Origin: a virus
Lineage: Duplodnaviria; Heunggongvirae; Uroviricota; Caudoviricetes
DNA: 5,686 bases
Strand: one strand, 5' to 3'
Virus record (IMG/VR): IMGVR_UViG_2671180854_000004
The notes under the pieces were generated by a model. That model saw only the letters and a program-made list of their open reading frames with translations. It made no database searches and was not told the origin of the DNA. Position numbers and translations under genes: made by a program. This document shows positions 1 to 5,686 of the stretch, piece after piece; position 1 is the first letter of the stretch; each line of letters opens with the position of its first letter.

Positions 1-7
1 GTCTGAC

Positions 8-34
8 AGGTGCCGGATTTCATATCCGGCACTT
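8..34. terminator. Stem-loop just past the end of the gpA reading frames; possible transcription terminator (direction ambiguous)
   Basis: Perfect inverted repeat TGCCGGAT (11-18) / ATCCGGCA (24-31) with 5-nt loop TTCAT, extendable to 8-34 with one G-T wobble. The plus strand has a moderately T-rich tail (33-50); the minus strand lacks a U-tract. It sits about 20 nt past the stop at 55-57. Confidence 0.35.
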
Positions 35-54
35 ACTTTCCTTAACTCTTCGCC

Positions 55-351
55 TTAACGCAAAATCTCACACTGATGATCCTGAATTTCCTCGGCTGAA
101 GCACGGTTAAGCGTCAGTAGATTTCGTTGTGTCGCCAGCAATACAAATGAGTTATCACTCTGCCGTACCATCGCCAGCCCGTAGCGTCCCATATGTTCCC
201 GCGCCTCAGGTACTTCTTCTGCCAGCATCATAAATGGGCTGCGTTGTACCAGTTCGCTTTCCGTTACCCGACGCGCCAGGTAACGAAGCATCACTGCTGG
301 CAGGCTTTCCACAGTTATTGACAGGACTCCGAGGCGCGGCGATGCCGCTTT
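55..351 (-). CDS. Open frame in +1 register relative to gpA; probably the frameshifted true C-terminal segment of gpA, alternatively a separate small overlapping ORF
   Basis: This frame is open from 351 down to the TAA at 57-55 (annotated ORF 55..312 starts at GTG). Its translation has ordinary protein-like composition, whereas the gpA-frame tail over the same DNA is Ser/Gly/Pro/Ala/Thr-rich. It switches register exactly at the T5/A5 run at 349-353. Confidence 0.35.
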
Positions 352-2230
352 TTAAAGTCAAAGGCTCAACGACCGGAACTTTCGGCACAATGCGCCAGTC
401 CGTCGTTCTGGTGATATGAATATGGCGCGCGCCGAGATGCGGCGCGTAAATGCCGACCACTCTCTCGACCTCTTCCTCGTACTCGTTAACGTCATCCGAC
501 GGGCTACGGGCGACCCTGACAGTCTGACAATCGCGCGGGACATTTGCCCCACCCTGCGCGCTGATATACAGCGCAAAATCGCCACTGTCTGCGGCAGCGC
601 GTGCAGCCTCGACGCGTTCGTCAAACTCATCAGCAATGCTGACGCCGCGAGGCAATTTGCGTAGTTCACGGTAAGCCCCCATTGTCGGCAGACCAACCGT
701 TTTAAATTGCGGGATGCGCCACGTTGACGCCCATGCAGTAACAGCCGCGGCAGTATCTTTCAGAGGTCTGCCGGTATCGTTATCGAGCTGACCATCCAGT
801 GCATAGCCGTCGATATTTTTTGAAATGTATTTCGCGATATACCCCGCAGCACCGCCCCGGTTAAGGTGTTTCGCCTGAAAACGGTTTCGCTCGGCTCCTC
901 TTTCGTCGCCATCCTCTTTGAGCGCGTAGCGACGCATGGTTTCGATAATCTGGTTACGCTGACGTGGATTACAAAAAAGCATCATATGCCAGTGCGGCGT
1001 TCCGTCGTGGTGTGGCTCGACGACACGCAAACCGTAGACCTGTAAATCATTATCCTTGAATGCCGTGCGCATCAGGCTCCAGATGCGGCAGAGATAACGC
1101 TGCGCATCCTTTGGATTAAATGCCTCATCGTTCCAGCCGTGATTTAGCTGGACGGTTTTACTTTCGCCTTTTCCGACCTGACGTGTCGGGTGATACTTTG
1201 ACGGCGCGGTCAGCGTGATAAACATCCCCACATCACCCTCTGCGGCGGCGTAACGCTCAATACCGGCAATGGTGTTCATCAGCTCCATCCGGCGAATTTC
1301 AGGATTAGAAATACTTCCCATCACCTTACTGATAAGGTCGATGCGCTCGCCGGTTTCCCTGTTTTCAAGGTCACACGATTTAAGAAATTCCAGATTTGCC
1401 TGGCGGCGCGCACGCACATCACGAATGGCATGTTTACTGGCATAAGGAGAACGGTCTTTATTCACCTCCCCGACAGCAATCAGTAACGCCTCATGCCAGC
1501 GCATACGCTGACCTTTAAGCTGATGAGTCCACCACTCATCGTTAAACAGACGGGCAATGGCAGAATATGCCTGCCTCGTGGTCATCTGTCCTTTACGGTA
1601 TTTTTTCCAGTAGAGAGGGGAAATATTGAAAGCTCGTGCAGCGCCAGCAACATGACCATACAGATGCGCCTGAGCCTCATCCGTAAACAGCGATTCTTTC
1701 TCGCCATGTGCATCAACCCATGCATCGCAGAGTTCCTCATACATCATGAAAAGCTGCGATGAGATACGGGCGGCAAACTTTTTCAGTTCCTTGTCATTCA
1801 TCCCCGGCAGACGCGCATAATGGTCACGCTCTGCCAGAAACAGCAACGACGCGTCGGTGTTCATTTCATGGCGCTGATTCACGCGCTCAATGCGCGGCCA
1901 TAAACGACGCTGAAAAGTGGATGTGAGGAAATAAAACCCGTGCACCGGGCTTTTATTGCGCCGGATGTAGTCATAGCGTGAAGTAAACAGCGAGCGCAAA
2001 AAGTAAGGCAGGCGGTTAATCGTGGATAAAACACCTTGCACCTGACGCATCTCGTCACGTGTAAGGGGTCTTTCGCGCCCGACAGCCTCGCGTGGCGCGT
2101 TCCATGCATAAGCACCGGTAAACGCCTTACCGGTGCCTGCGGCAAATGCTGATGGAGGGACAAAACGCCCGGAGGCTTTAACGGCCATATGAGCCAAAAG
2201 CCTCTGAACAACGCTTGCTGAGTTGCTCAA
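206..2230 (-). CDS. A: Replication initiation protein, P2 gpA-type rolling-circle (HUH) endonuclease; the current reading frame ends in a probable out-of-frame tail
   Basis: 674-aa ORF. HUH-like motif HWHMM is encoded at 986-994 and the dual-tyrosine motif YIAKYISK at 818-841 (checked codon by codon); this matches the phiX174 A / P2 gpA active-site pattern. The ORF-track start at 2230 is TTG; a more likely start is ATG at 2188-2186 (residue 15, MAVKASG...), with GAGG about 12 nt upstream. Confidence 0.8.
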
Positions 2231-2453
2231 CCTGCGCGTTTAAATCAGCAAAAGACTTTGCGCTTCCGGTCAGAATATCGTGATGCATCATGCCGGAAAC
2301 GAGCTGGCTTAATTTCGGGTAATAACCAACCACCGACAGCCATTCCTGACCGGCGTTTTTACCGCTTTCCGCTCTCTTTTTCTCGTGGAGAATAAACTGA
2401 AAGCTGTCACTGGTAACGACATAACGTTCGCCAATTTCAATACGAATACTCAT
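2178..2453 (-). CDS. Hypothetical early protein (91 aa), in the position of P2 orf83
   Basis: ORF with GGAGAA Shine-Dalgarno; its start overlaps the upstream stop as ATGA (2453-2450); GC about 55%. No recognisable motif. Confidence 0.5.
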   Translation of the reverse strand: MSIRIEIGERYVVTSDSFQFILHEKKRAESGKNAGQEWLSVVGYYPKLSQLVSGMMHHDILTGSAKSFADLNAQVEQLSKRCSEAFGSYGR

Positions 2454-2674
2454 GCCGTTCTCCGGTAATGTTTGTTTTTTGCTTCAAAGACTGACTGACA
2501 GGAAACACAACGCGTGGCTGACGGATAAGCCGCACGACGGGCAGCAGGTATTGGCACGTCACACTCTTCGCAAACCAGCGCAGAAACACCGCAATGTTTT
2601 ACCCTTGCCGCGTTAATCTGGCGCTCCAGTAATTCAGCCTGTTGTTCCTGAATGAAATCTACGTTGTCCGGCAT
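2450..2674 (-). CDS. TraR/DksA-family C4 zinc-finger protein (74 aa)
   Basis: Translation contains CEEC ... (16 residues) ... CVSC, the CxxC-x16/17-CxxC spacing typical of TraR/DksA zinc fingers. AAGGAA Shine-Dalgarno; start overlaps the upstream stop (TAATG). P2-like phages commonly carry such a gene before gene A. Confidence 0.7.
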   Translation of the reverse strand: MPDNVDFIQEQQAELLERQINAARVKHCGVSALVCEECDVPIPAARRAAYPSATRCVSCQSVFEAKNKHYRRTA

Positions 2675-2979
2675 TACCAGTTCCTTTTGTCGTTCAGTTT
2701 CTTAAATTCATCAGCGCAATAGCTGACGATTTCTGTCGTTAATTTTGTCAGTTCATCCACGGAGGAAATTTGCTTGTGGAATACAGCGCGTTTAACAAGT
2801 AAATTGACCACATCAGACAGGAGGTTTAATTCATTCTGATAAATCGCGATAACAGATTCAGTTATGTCGCGTTTTTCTTTATCAAGACAAAGTTGAATAA
2901 GAGATAAATCACCATTTTCCATAACGGCGATTTTTAAGGCGTTATTCAGTAATACAACTGAATGAGAACAGGACATCAA
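2674..2979 (-). CDS. AT-rich hypothetical protein (about 100 aa), candidate acquired cargo (moron)
   Basis: ORF-track start is TTG at 2979; the likely start is ATG at 2976-2974 with a GGAGG Shine-Dalgarno about 8 nt upstream. I counted 111 G+C in 306 nt (about 36% GC) against about 50-55% in the flanking genes; the composition shift coincides with the ORF boundaries. Predicted protein is acidic and helical-looking, with no motif I recognise. Confidence 0.55.
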   Translation of the reverse strand: MMSCSHSVVLLNNALKIAVMENGDLSLIQLCLDKEKRDITESVIAIYQNELNLLSDVVNLLVKRAVFHKQISSVDELTKLTTEIVSYCADEFKKLNDKRNW

Positions 2980-3200
2980 AGCACCTCCCCGCGAGACAAT
3001 CCGATATTGTGAAATTTTTCCGACTCCTGACTGAGCAGCTCGACTATCTCCACGCGGGATAACTCCGCCTTTGTGATATGGCGAATCATGGCGTCAAGAT
3101 GAGAAGAAAAGCGCGTCGCAGCGTCGGCCTGTGCTTCGGTTCTGGCCTGTTGCAGCAGTAATGCGTATTTACCGCACTGATTTTCAGAAACTGTATGCAT
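2976..3200 (-). CDS. Hypothetical early protein (74 aa), in the position of P2 orf80
   Basis: ORF with GGAGAAAG Shine-Dalgarno 5' of the ATG at 3200-3198; its stop overlaps the next start (TGATG); GC about 50%. Confidence 0.5.
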   Translation of the reverse strand: MHTVSENQCGKYALLLQQARTEAQADAATRFSSHLDAMIRHITKAELSRVEIVELLSQESEKFHNIGLSRGEVL

Positions 3201-3226
3201 GACTTTCTCCAGGCAAAAAGAAGCCC

Positions 3227-3242
3227 CGCACGATTAAGTGCG
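3227..3242 (-). terminator. Weak hairpin followed by a T-rich run on the minus strand, between the B-like gene and the next ORF; possible attenuator or partial terminator
   Basis: CGCAC (3227-3231) / GTGCG (3238-3242) with a 6-nt loop. On the minus strand the stem is followed by GGGCTTCTTTTTG. The stem is only 5 bp, so this is marginal. Confidence 0.2.
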
Positions 3243-3263
3243 TTAAAAACTCTGGTTAATTAT

Positions 3264-3764
3264 TTAATGCAGATATTGCTCTGGTTTTACCGACGTCAGA
3301 ATTGTCGGTGCATACTCAAACAGACTGAATAATTCACGTAATGCACGGAATAAAGCATCACGCCAGTAACATGATTCTTCATTAATTCGCCAGTATGGCT
3401 GGTTGAATTCTTTTTCAGTCAATCCGGCATGCATAAATAAAGTACGACGCTGACTGACTGTTAAAAAACTAATATATGCATACTCACTTGCGCCAACCTG
3501 ACGGCGTTTTGAGAATGCCCCACGCAATTCATCAATTGCACAAACCAGCCGTTCACGTTCGACGTCGTTCATTTCTTCAAAACGCATCGTTGCGTGACGC
3601 TGTTTTAACTGCGCATGGAAGCAAACCGTTAGCCGTTCGCGTTCCATCATCTGATTATAATAATCACATGTATCCTGCCAGCGAGGGACGGCAAGATGCT
3701 TGCCAATTATCCGGCGCATAGCTGCTGGCTGTTTTTCAACGAGATTGAGCGTCATCACTGTCAT
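3264..3764 (-). CDS. Early replication-associated protein, 166 aa; assigned as P2 gpB-like by position and size only
   Basis: ORF with a strong GGAGGG Shine-Dalgarno 7 nt upstream of the ATG at 3764-3762; its start overlaps the upstream stop (ATGA). It lies between the cox-like gene and the small-ORF cluster, as B does in P2. The 5' half is about 50% GC and the 3' half about 37% GC. Homology was not verified. Confidence 0.5.
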   Translation of the reverse strand: MTVMTLNLVEKQPAAMRRIIGKHLAVPRWQDTCDYYNQMMERERLTVCFHAQLKQRHATMRFEEMNDVERERLVCAIDELRGAFSKRRQVGASEYAYISFLTVSQRRTLFMHAGLTEKEFNQPYWRINEESCYWRDALFRALRELFSLFEYAPTILTSVKPEQYLH

Positions 3765-3931
3765 TTCCAGACCCTCCGGCTTTTCAGAAAGGTCAGAGCC
3801 TTTTTTAACGGACTCTGTTTTTTGGTACGGATAATGATTCCCTTGCGTCCCTTCCCGTGGGTGATGGTGAAGTCAATCGCCCTGGGGCTTTCGTTACGCA
3901 ATAACTGAGCAATACAACGCGGCTCATTCAT
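3761..3931 (-). CDS. Small basic hypothetical protein (about 56 aa from the ATG at 3931; 65 aa if started at 3958)
   Basis: Lys/Arg-rich ORF. The longer version would overlap the cox-like 3' end by 25 nt; the ATG at 3931-3929 begins 2 nt after the cox-like stop (TGAttATG). Its stop overlaps the B-like start (ATGA). Occupies the position of P2 orf78. Confidence 0.4.
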   Translation of the reverse strand: MNEPRCIAQLLRNESPRAIDFTITHGKGRKGIIIRTKKQSPLKKALTFLKSRRVWK

Positions 3932-3933
3932 AA

Positions 3934-4206
3934 TCACAACCCCATCCACAAAAGCCATGCATCACGCTGTTCAACCGGTCGGTTATAAAACGCCTCACGT
4001 ACAGCGCGATTAAACTCAGGAATGAAAACCCATTTTTCACCGGCACGAGCCTTCGGTTTGCAAGGATCACGCAATTCAATAATTGGTAATTTATTTGCCT
4101 TCACCATTTCACTGACGGCTGTCTTTGGCTTCCCTAATAAATCAGCAAATTTATCCACATGAACCGCATCAAGCGGATACTGAATCACATAATTTTCAGC
4201 GTCCAT
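3934..4206 (-). CDS. cox: Cox/Apl-like excisionase and early-promoter regulator (about 90 aa)
   Basis: First gene of the minus-strand operon, divergent in position from the repressor gene. The ATG at 4206-4204 has a GAGGG Shine-Dalgarno 8 nt upstream; the ORF-track start at 4221 lacks a good one. Size and C-terminal region (RDAWLLWMGL) fit the Cox/Apl family; this is a recollection, not an alignment. Confidence 0.6.
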   Translation of the reverse strand: MDAENYVIQYPLDAVHVDKFADLLGKPKTAVSEMVKANKLPIIELRDPCKPKARAGEKWVFIPEFNRAVREAFYNRPVEQRDAWLLWMGL

Positions 4207-4282
4207 ATATGGTACCCTCATAGGATCCAGCCCTTTCTAAACCACTCAAAACCGTTTAGACGCTGGTTTATTCTCAAATCAA

Positions 4283-4302
4283 TGGAACCTATATAGGTTC
4301 CA
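4283..4302. promoter_or_regulatory. Perfect 20-bp palindrome TGGAACCTATATAGGTTCCA; candidate operator
   Basis: Verified base by base as perfectly self-complementary. Lies just downstream of the predicted minus-strand early transcript start, over a TATATA element. Confidence 0.55.
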
Positions 4303-4319
4303 GTTTTGAGGGAATTTAG

Positions 4320-4335
4320 TCCCTATATAGGCACC
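4320..4335. promoter_or_regulatory. Second, imperfect copy of the operator motif (TCCCTATATAGGCACC)
   Basis: Shares the 10-bp palindromic core CCTATATAGG, and 9 of 11 positions of the right half, with the 4283-4302 palindrome. Centres are 34 bp apart. It falls inside the spacer of the candidate minus-strand promoter. Confidence 0.45.
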
Positions 4336-4342
4336 ATGTCAA

Positions 4343-4636
4343 ATGAAATTAAGCGAAAAGATTAAGGCCTTGCGTGAGGCTGAAGGGCTAAGCCAATCAA
4401 AATTCTGTGAAATCATAGAGTTACCGCTAAGCACACTTAAAAAATATGAAGGAGGAAACTTTGAACCCGGTGGCACAGCTTTGCTAAAAATCACTATGCA
4501 TCCCACATTCCAAAAATATGCTCTATGGCTTATGACAGATAAAACCGCGCCGGACGCAGGACAAATCGCACCGGCTCTCGCGCACATTGGGCCAGAGTCA
4601 ACAGAGTCCAACCACTCCGCGAAAAGGATTGGCTAA
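4343..4636 (+). CDS. C: Immunity repressor, P2 C-like HTH (XRE-type) protein, 97 aa
   Basis: N-terminal helix-turn-helix-like segment (LSQSKFCEIIELPLSTLKKYE). Sits immediately upstream of, and co-directional with, the integrase and divergent from cox, as in P2. Size is close to P2 C (99 aa, from memory). Shine-Dalgarno is weak. Confidence 0.7.
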   Translation: MKLSEKIKALREAEGLSQSKFCEIIELPLSTLKKYEGGNFEPGGTALLKITMHPTFQKYALWLMTDKTAPDAGQIAPALAHIGPESTESNHSAKRIG

Positions 4637-4705
4637 CTCTATATAAAGATTACATTTTCACCATTTGCTACCAAGATGGTGAATACAGCGCCGGAGGGCT
4701 TTCTT

Positions 4706-5686
4706 ATGGCAATTAAGAAGCTCGATGATGGTCGCTATGAAGTGGACATTAGACCTCGCGGTCGCGACGGAAAACGCATCCGCAGGAAATTCGAAAGAAA
4801 AGCTGAAGCACTAGCATTTGAGCGATACACAATCGCCAATGCCAGTCAGAAAGAATGGGGAGGCCAGCGAGCAGACCGCCGGACTTTGAGTGAGTTGCTG
4901 GACATCTGGTGGAAATATCACGGGCAAAACCACGAGCATGGAACAAAAGAGTTTAATCATCTACTCAAAACCATCAGCGGCATAGGTGATATACCAGTGA
5001 GCAGGATGAGCAAAAGGGCTTTGATGGATTATCGTTCCATGCGACTACGTGATGGTATCAGTGCCGCAACGATAAACCGTGACATGTACCGATTATCCGG
5101 CATGTTCACAAAATTAATTCAATTGGATGAATTTTCCGGGCAACACCCAATTCACGGACTGCCGCCACTGGCGGAGGCCAACCCTGAAATGACGTTCCTG
5201 GAAAAAGCAGAAATCGAAAAACTGTTAAATGTTTTGGCTGGTGATGACTTACTTGTCGCGCTTTTATGTCTGAGCACTGGAGGAAGATGGACGGAAGTTG
5301 CCACGCTAAAACCAGCACAGATTACAAATTGCAGGGTTACCTTCCTGAAAACCAAAAACGGTAAAAAGCGAACCGTGCCGATTTCTGAGGAACTGGAGAA
5401 AAAAGTTAAAGAGGAGGCCAGCGCCAAATTATTCAAAGTTGATTATGAGAAATTTTGCGGGATTTTACGCAGAGTGAAACCTGATATACCACCCAATCAG
5501 GCAACCCACATCCTGCGGCATACATTCGCAAGCCATTTCATGATGAATGGGGGCAATATAATCGCACTGCAACAGATTCTGGGACATGCGAGCATTCAGC
5601 AGACGATGGCCTATGCGCACCTTGCGCCTGACTATCTGCAAAATGCCGTCGCTCTGAATCCACTAAAAGGCGGAGTGACGTTATAA
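4706..5686 (+). CDS. int: Tyrosine site-specific integrase (P2 Int-like), 326 aa
   Basis: ORF-track start at 4676, but the ATG at 4706 has a GGAGGG Shine-Dalgarno 7 nt upstream. Tyrosine-recombinase signatures in the translation: TGGRWTE (box I Arg), HILRHTFASHF (HxxR), LGHASIQQTMAYAHLAPDY (C-terminal catalytic Tyr region). The stop TAA is at 5684-5686, the window edge. Confidence 0.9.
   Translation: MAIKKLDDGRYEVDIRPRGRDGKRIRRKFERKAEALAFERYTIANASQKEWGGQRADRRTLSELLDIWWKYHGQNHEHGTKEFNHLLKTISGIGDIPVSRMSKRALMDYRSMRLRDGISAATINRDMYRLSGMFTKLIQLDEFSGQHPIHGLPPLAEANPEMTFLEKAEIEKLLNVLAGDDLLVALLCLSTGGRWTEVATLKPAQITNCRVTFLKTKNGKKRTVPISEELEKKVKEEASAKLFKVDYEKFCGILRRVKPDIPPNQATHILRHTFASHFMMNGGNIIALQQILGHASIQQTMAYAHLAPDYLQNAVALNPLKGGVTL

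Larger units (their letters stand above)
4207..4342. promoter_or_regulatory. Lysis/lysogeny switch region with face-to-face early (Pe-like, minus strand) and repressor (Pc-like, plus strand) promoters and palindromic operators
   Basis: Intergenic region between the divergently placed cox-like and C-like genes. Candidate minus-strand promoter: -35 TTGACA (4342-4337), 18-nt spacer, -10 TAAATT (4318-4313). A weaker plus-strand candidate uses TATATA at 4290-4295 as -10. Promoter assignments are by eye only. Confidence 0.5.

Noticed and set aside
234-696. Plus- and minus-strand ORFs overlapping the gpA coding region (234..419 +, 416..664 +, 358..696 -)
   Set aside because: They lie entirely within or antisense to the well-supported gpA gene and have low-complexity, Arg/Ala-rich translations typical of alternative frames in GC-rich coding DNA. 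The exception is the 55..312 frame, which is treated separately as the probable frameshifted C-terminus.
1493-1762. 89-aa plus-strand ORF antisense to gpA
   Set aside because: Antisense to a strongly supported coding region, with no ribosome-binding site and no independent support.
1879-2211. 110-aa minus-strand ORF in an alternative frame inside the 5' part of gpA
   Set aside because: Fully nested in the gpA gene in another frame; Cys/Arg/Leu-rich translation typical of a spurious frame.
2488-2501. Short GACTGACTGAC-type tandem motif (also at about 3449-3459 and a related GTCTGACAGG at 1-10)
   Set aside because: Only 2-3 units of a 4-nt motif, embedded in coding sequence at unrelated positions; too short and dispersed to call a repeat element.
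3476-3908. Plus-strand ORFs (3476..3721, 3696..3908) antisense to the B-like gene and the small basic ORF
   Set aside because: Antisense to better-supported minus-strand genes that have strong Shine-Dalgarno sequences and translational coupling; no start-site support.
4211-4228. GGTACC...GGATCC pair and a degenerate CCCTCATAGG resembling the operator core, near the cox start
   Set aside because: Only 7 of 10 matches to the CCTATATAGG core, and it overlaps the cox ribosome-binding site and start region; it could be a third weak operator but the evidence is insufficient to call it.
4339-4611. 90-aa minus-strand ORF antisense to the repressor gene
   Set aside because: Antisense to the HTH repressor ORF, which has clear family features and correct synteny with int.
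4749-5436. Minus-strand ORFs antisense to the integrase (4749..4946, 5106..5318, 5152..5436)
   Set aside because: They lie within the integrase gene, whose tyrosine-recombinase motifs are unambiguous; alternative-frame artefacts.
1-5686. Search for CRISPR arrays, tRNA/rRNA genes, transposase or IS terminal repeats
   Set aside because: No direct-repeat/spacer periodicity, no tRNA-like cloverleaf candidates and no transposase-like ORFs were seen; the window is fully accounted for by phage early and lysogeny genes.

Overview
This window reads as the lysogeny / early-replication module of a P2-family temperate phage (most likely a prophage in an enterobacterial genome, background GC about 50%), inverted relative to the usual P2 map. 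All calls rest on reading the six-frame translations and the DNA by eye; no database search or alignment was possible. The minus strand carries an early operon: cox-like gene, a small basic ORF, a 166-aa gene in the P2 B position, four short translationally coupled ORFs (one a TraR/DksA-type C4 zinc finger), and a large gpA-type rolling-circle replication initiator with a HUH motif (HWH) and a phiX174-A-like YIAKYISK dual-tyrosine motif. The plus strand carries a 97-aa HTH immunity repressor (C-like) followed by a tyrosine integrase that ends at the window edge, so the attachment site should lie just beyond position 5686. The most notable observations are: (1) an apparent +1 frameshift in a 5-nt homopolymer at the 3' end of the gpA gene; (2) a sharply AT-rich (about 36% GC) 100-aa ORF embedded in the early operon, which looks like acquired cargo; (3) a perfect 20-bp palindrome and a related half-conserved copy in the cox/C switch region, likely operators. 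I see no CRISPR array, tRNA, rRNA or transposase. I could not identify a clearly novel multi-gene system; the AT-rich ORF is the best candidate for undescribed biology.
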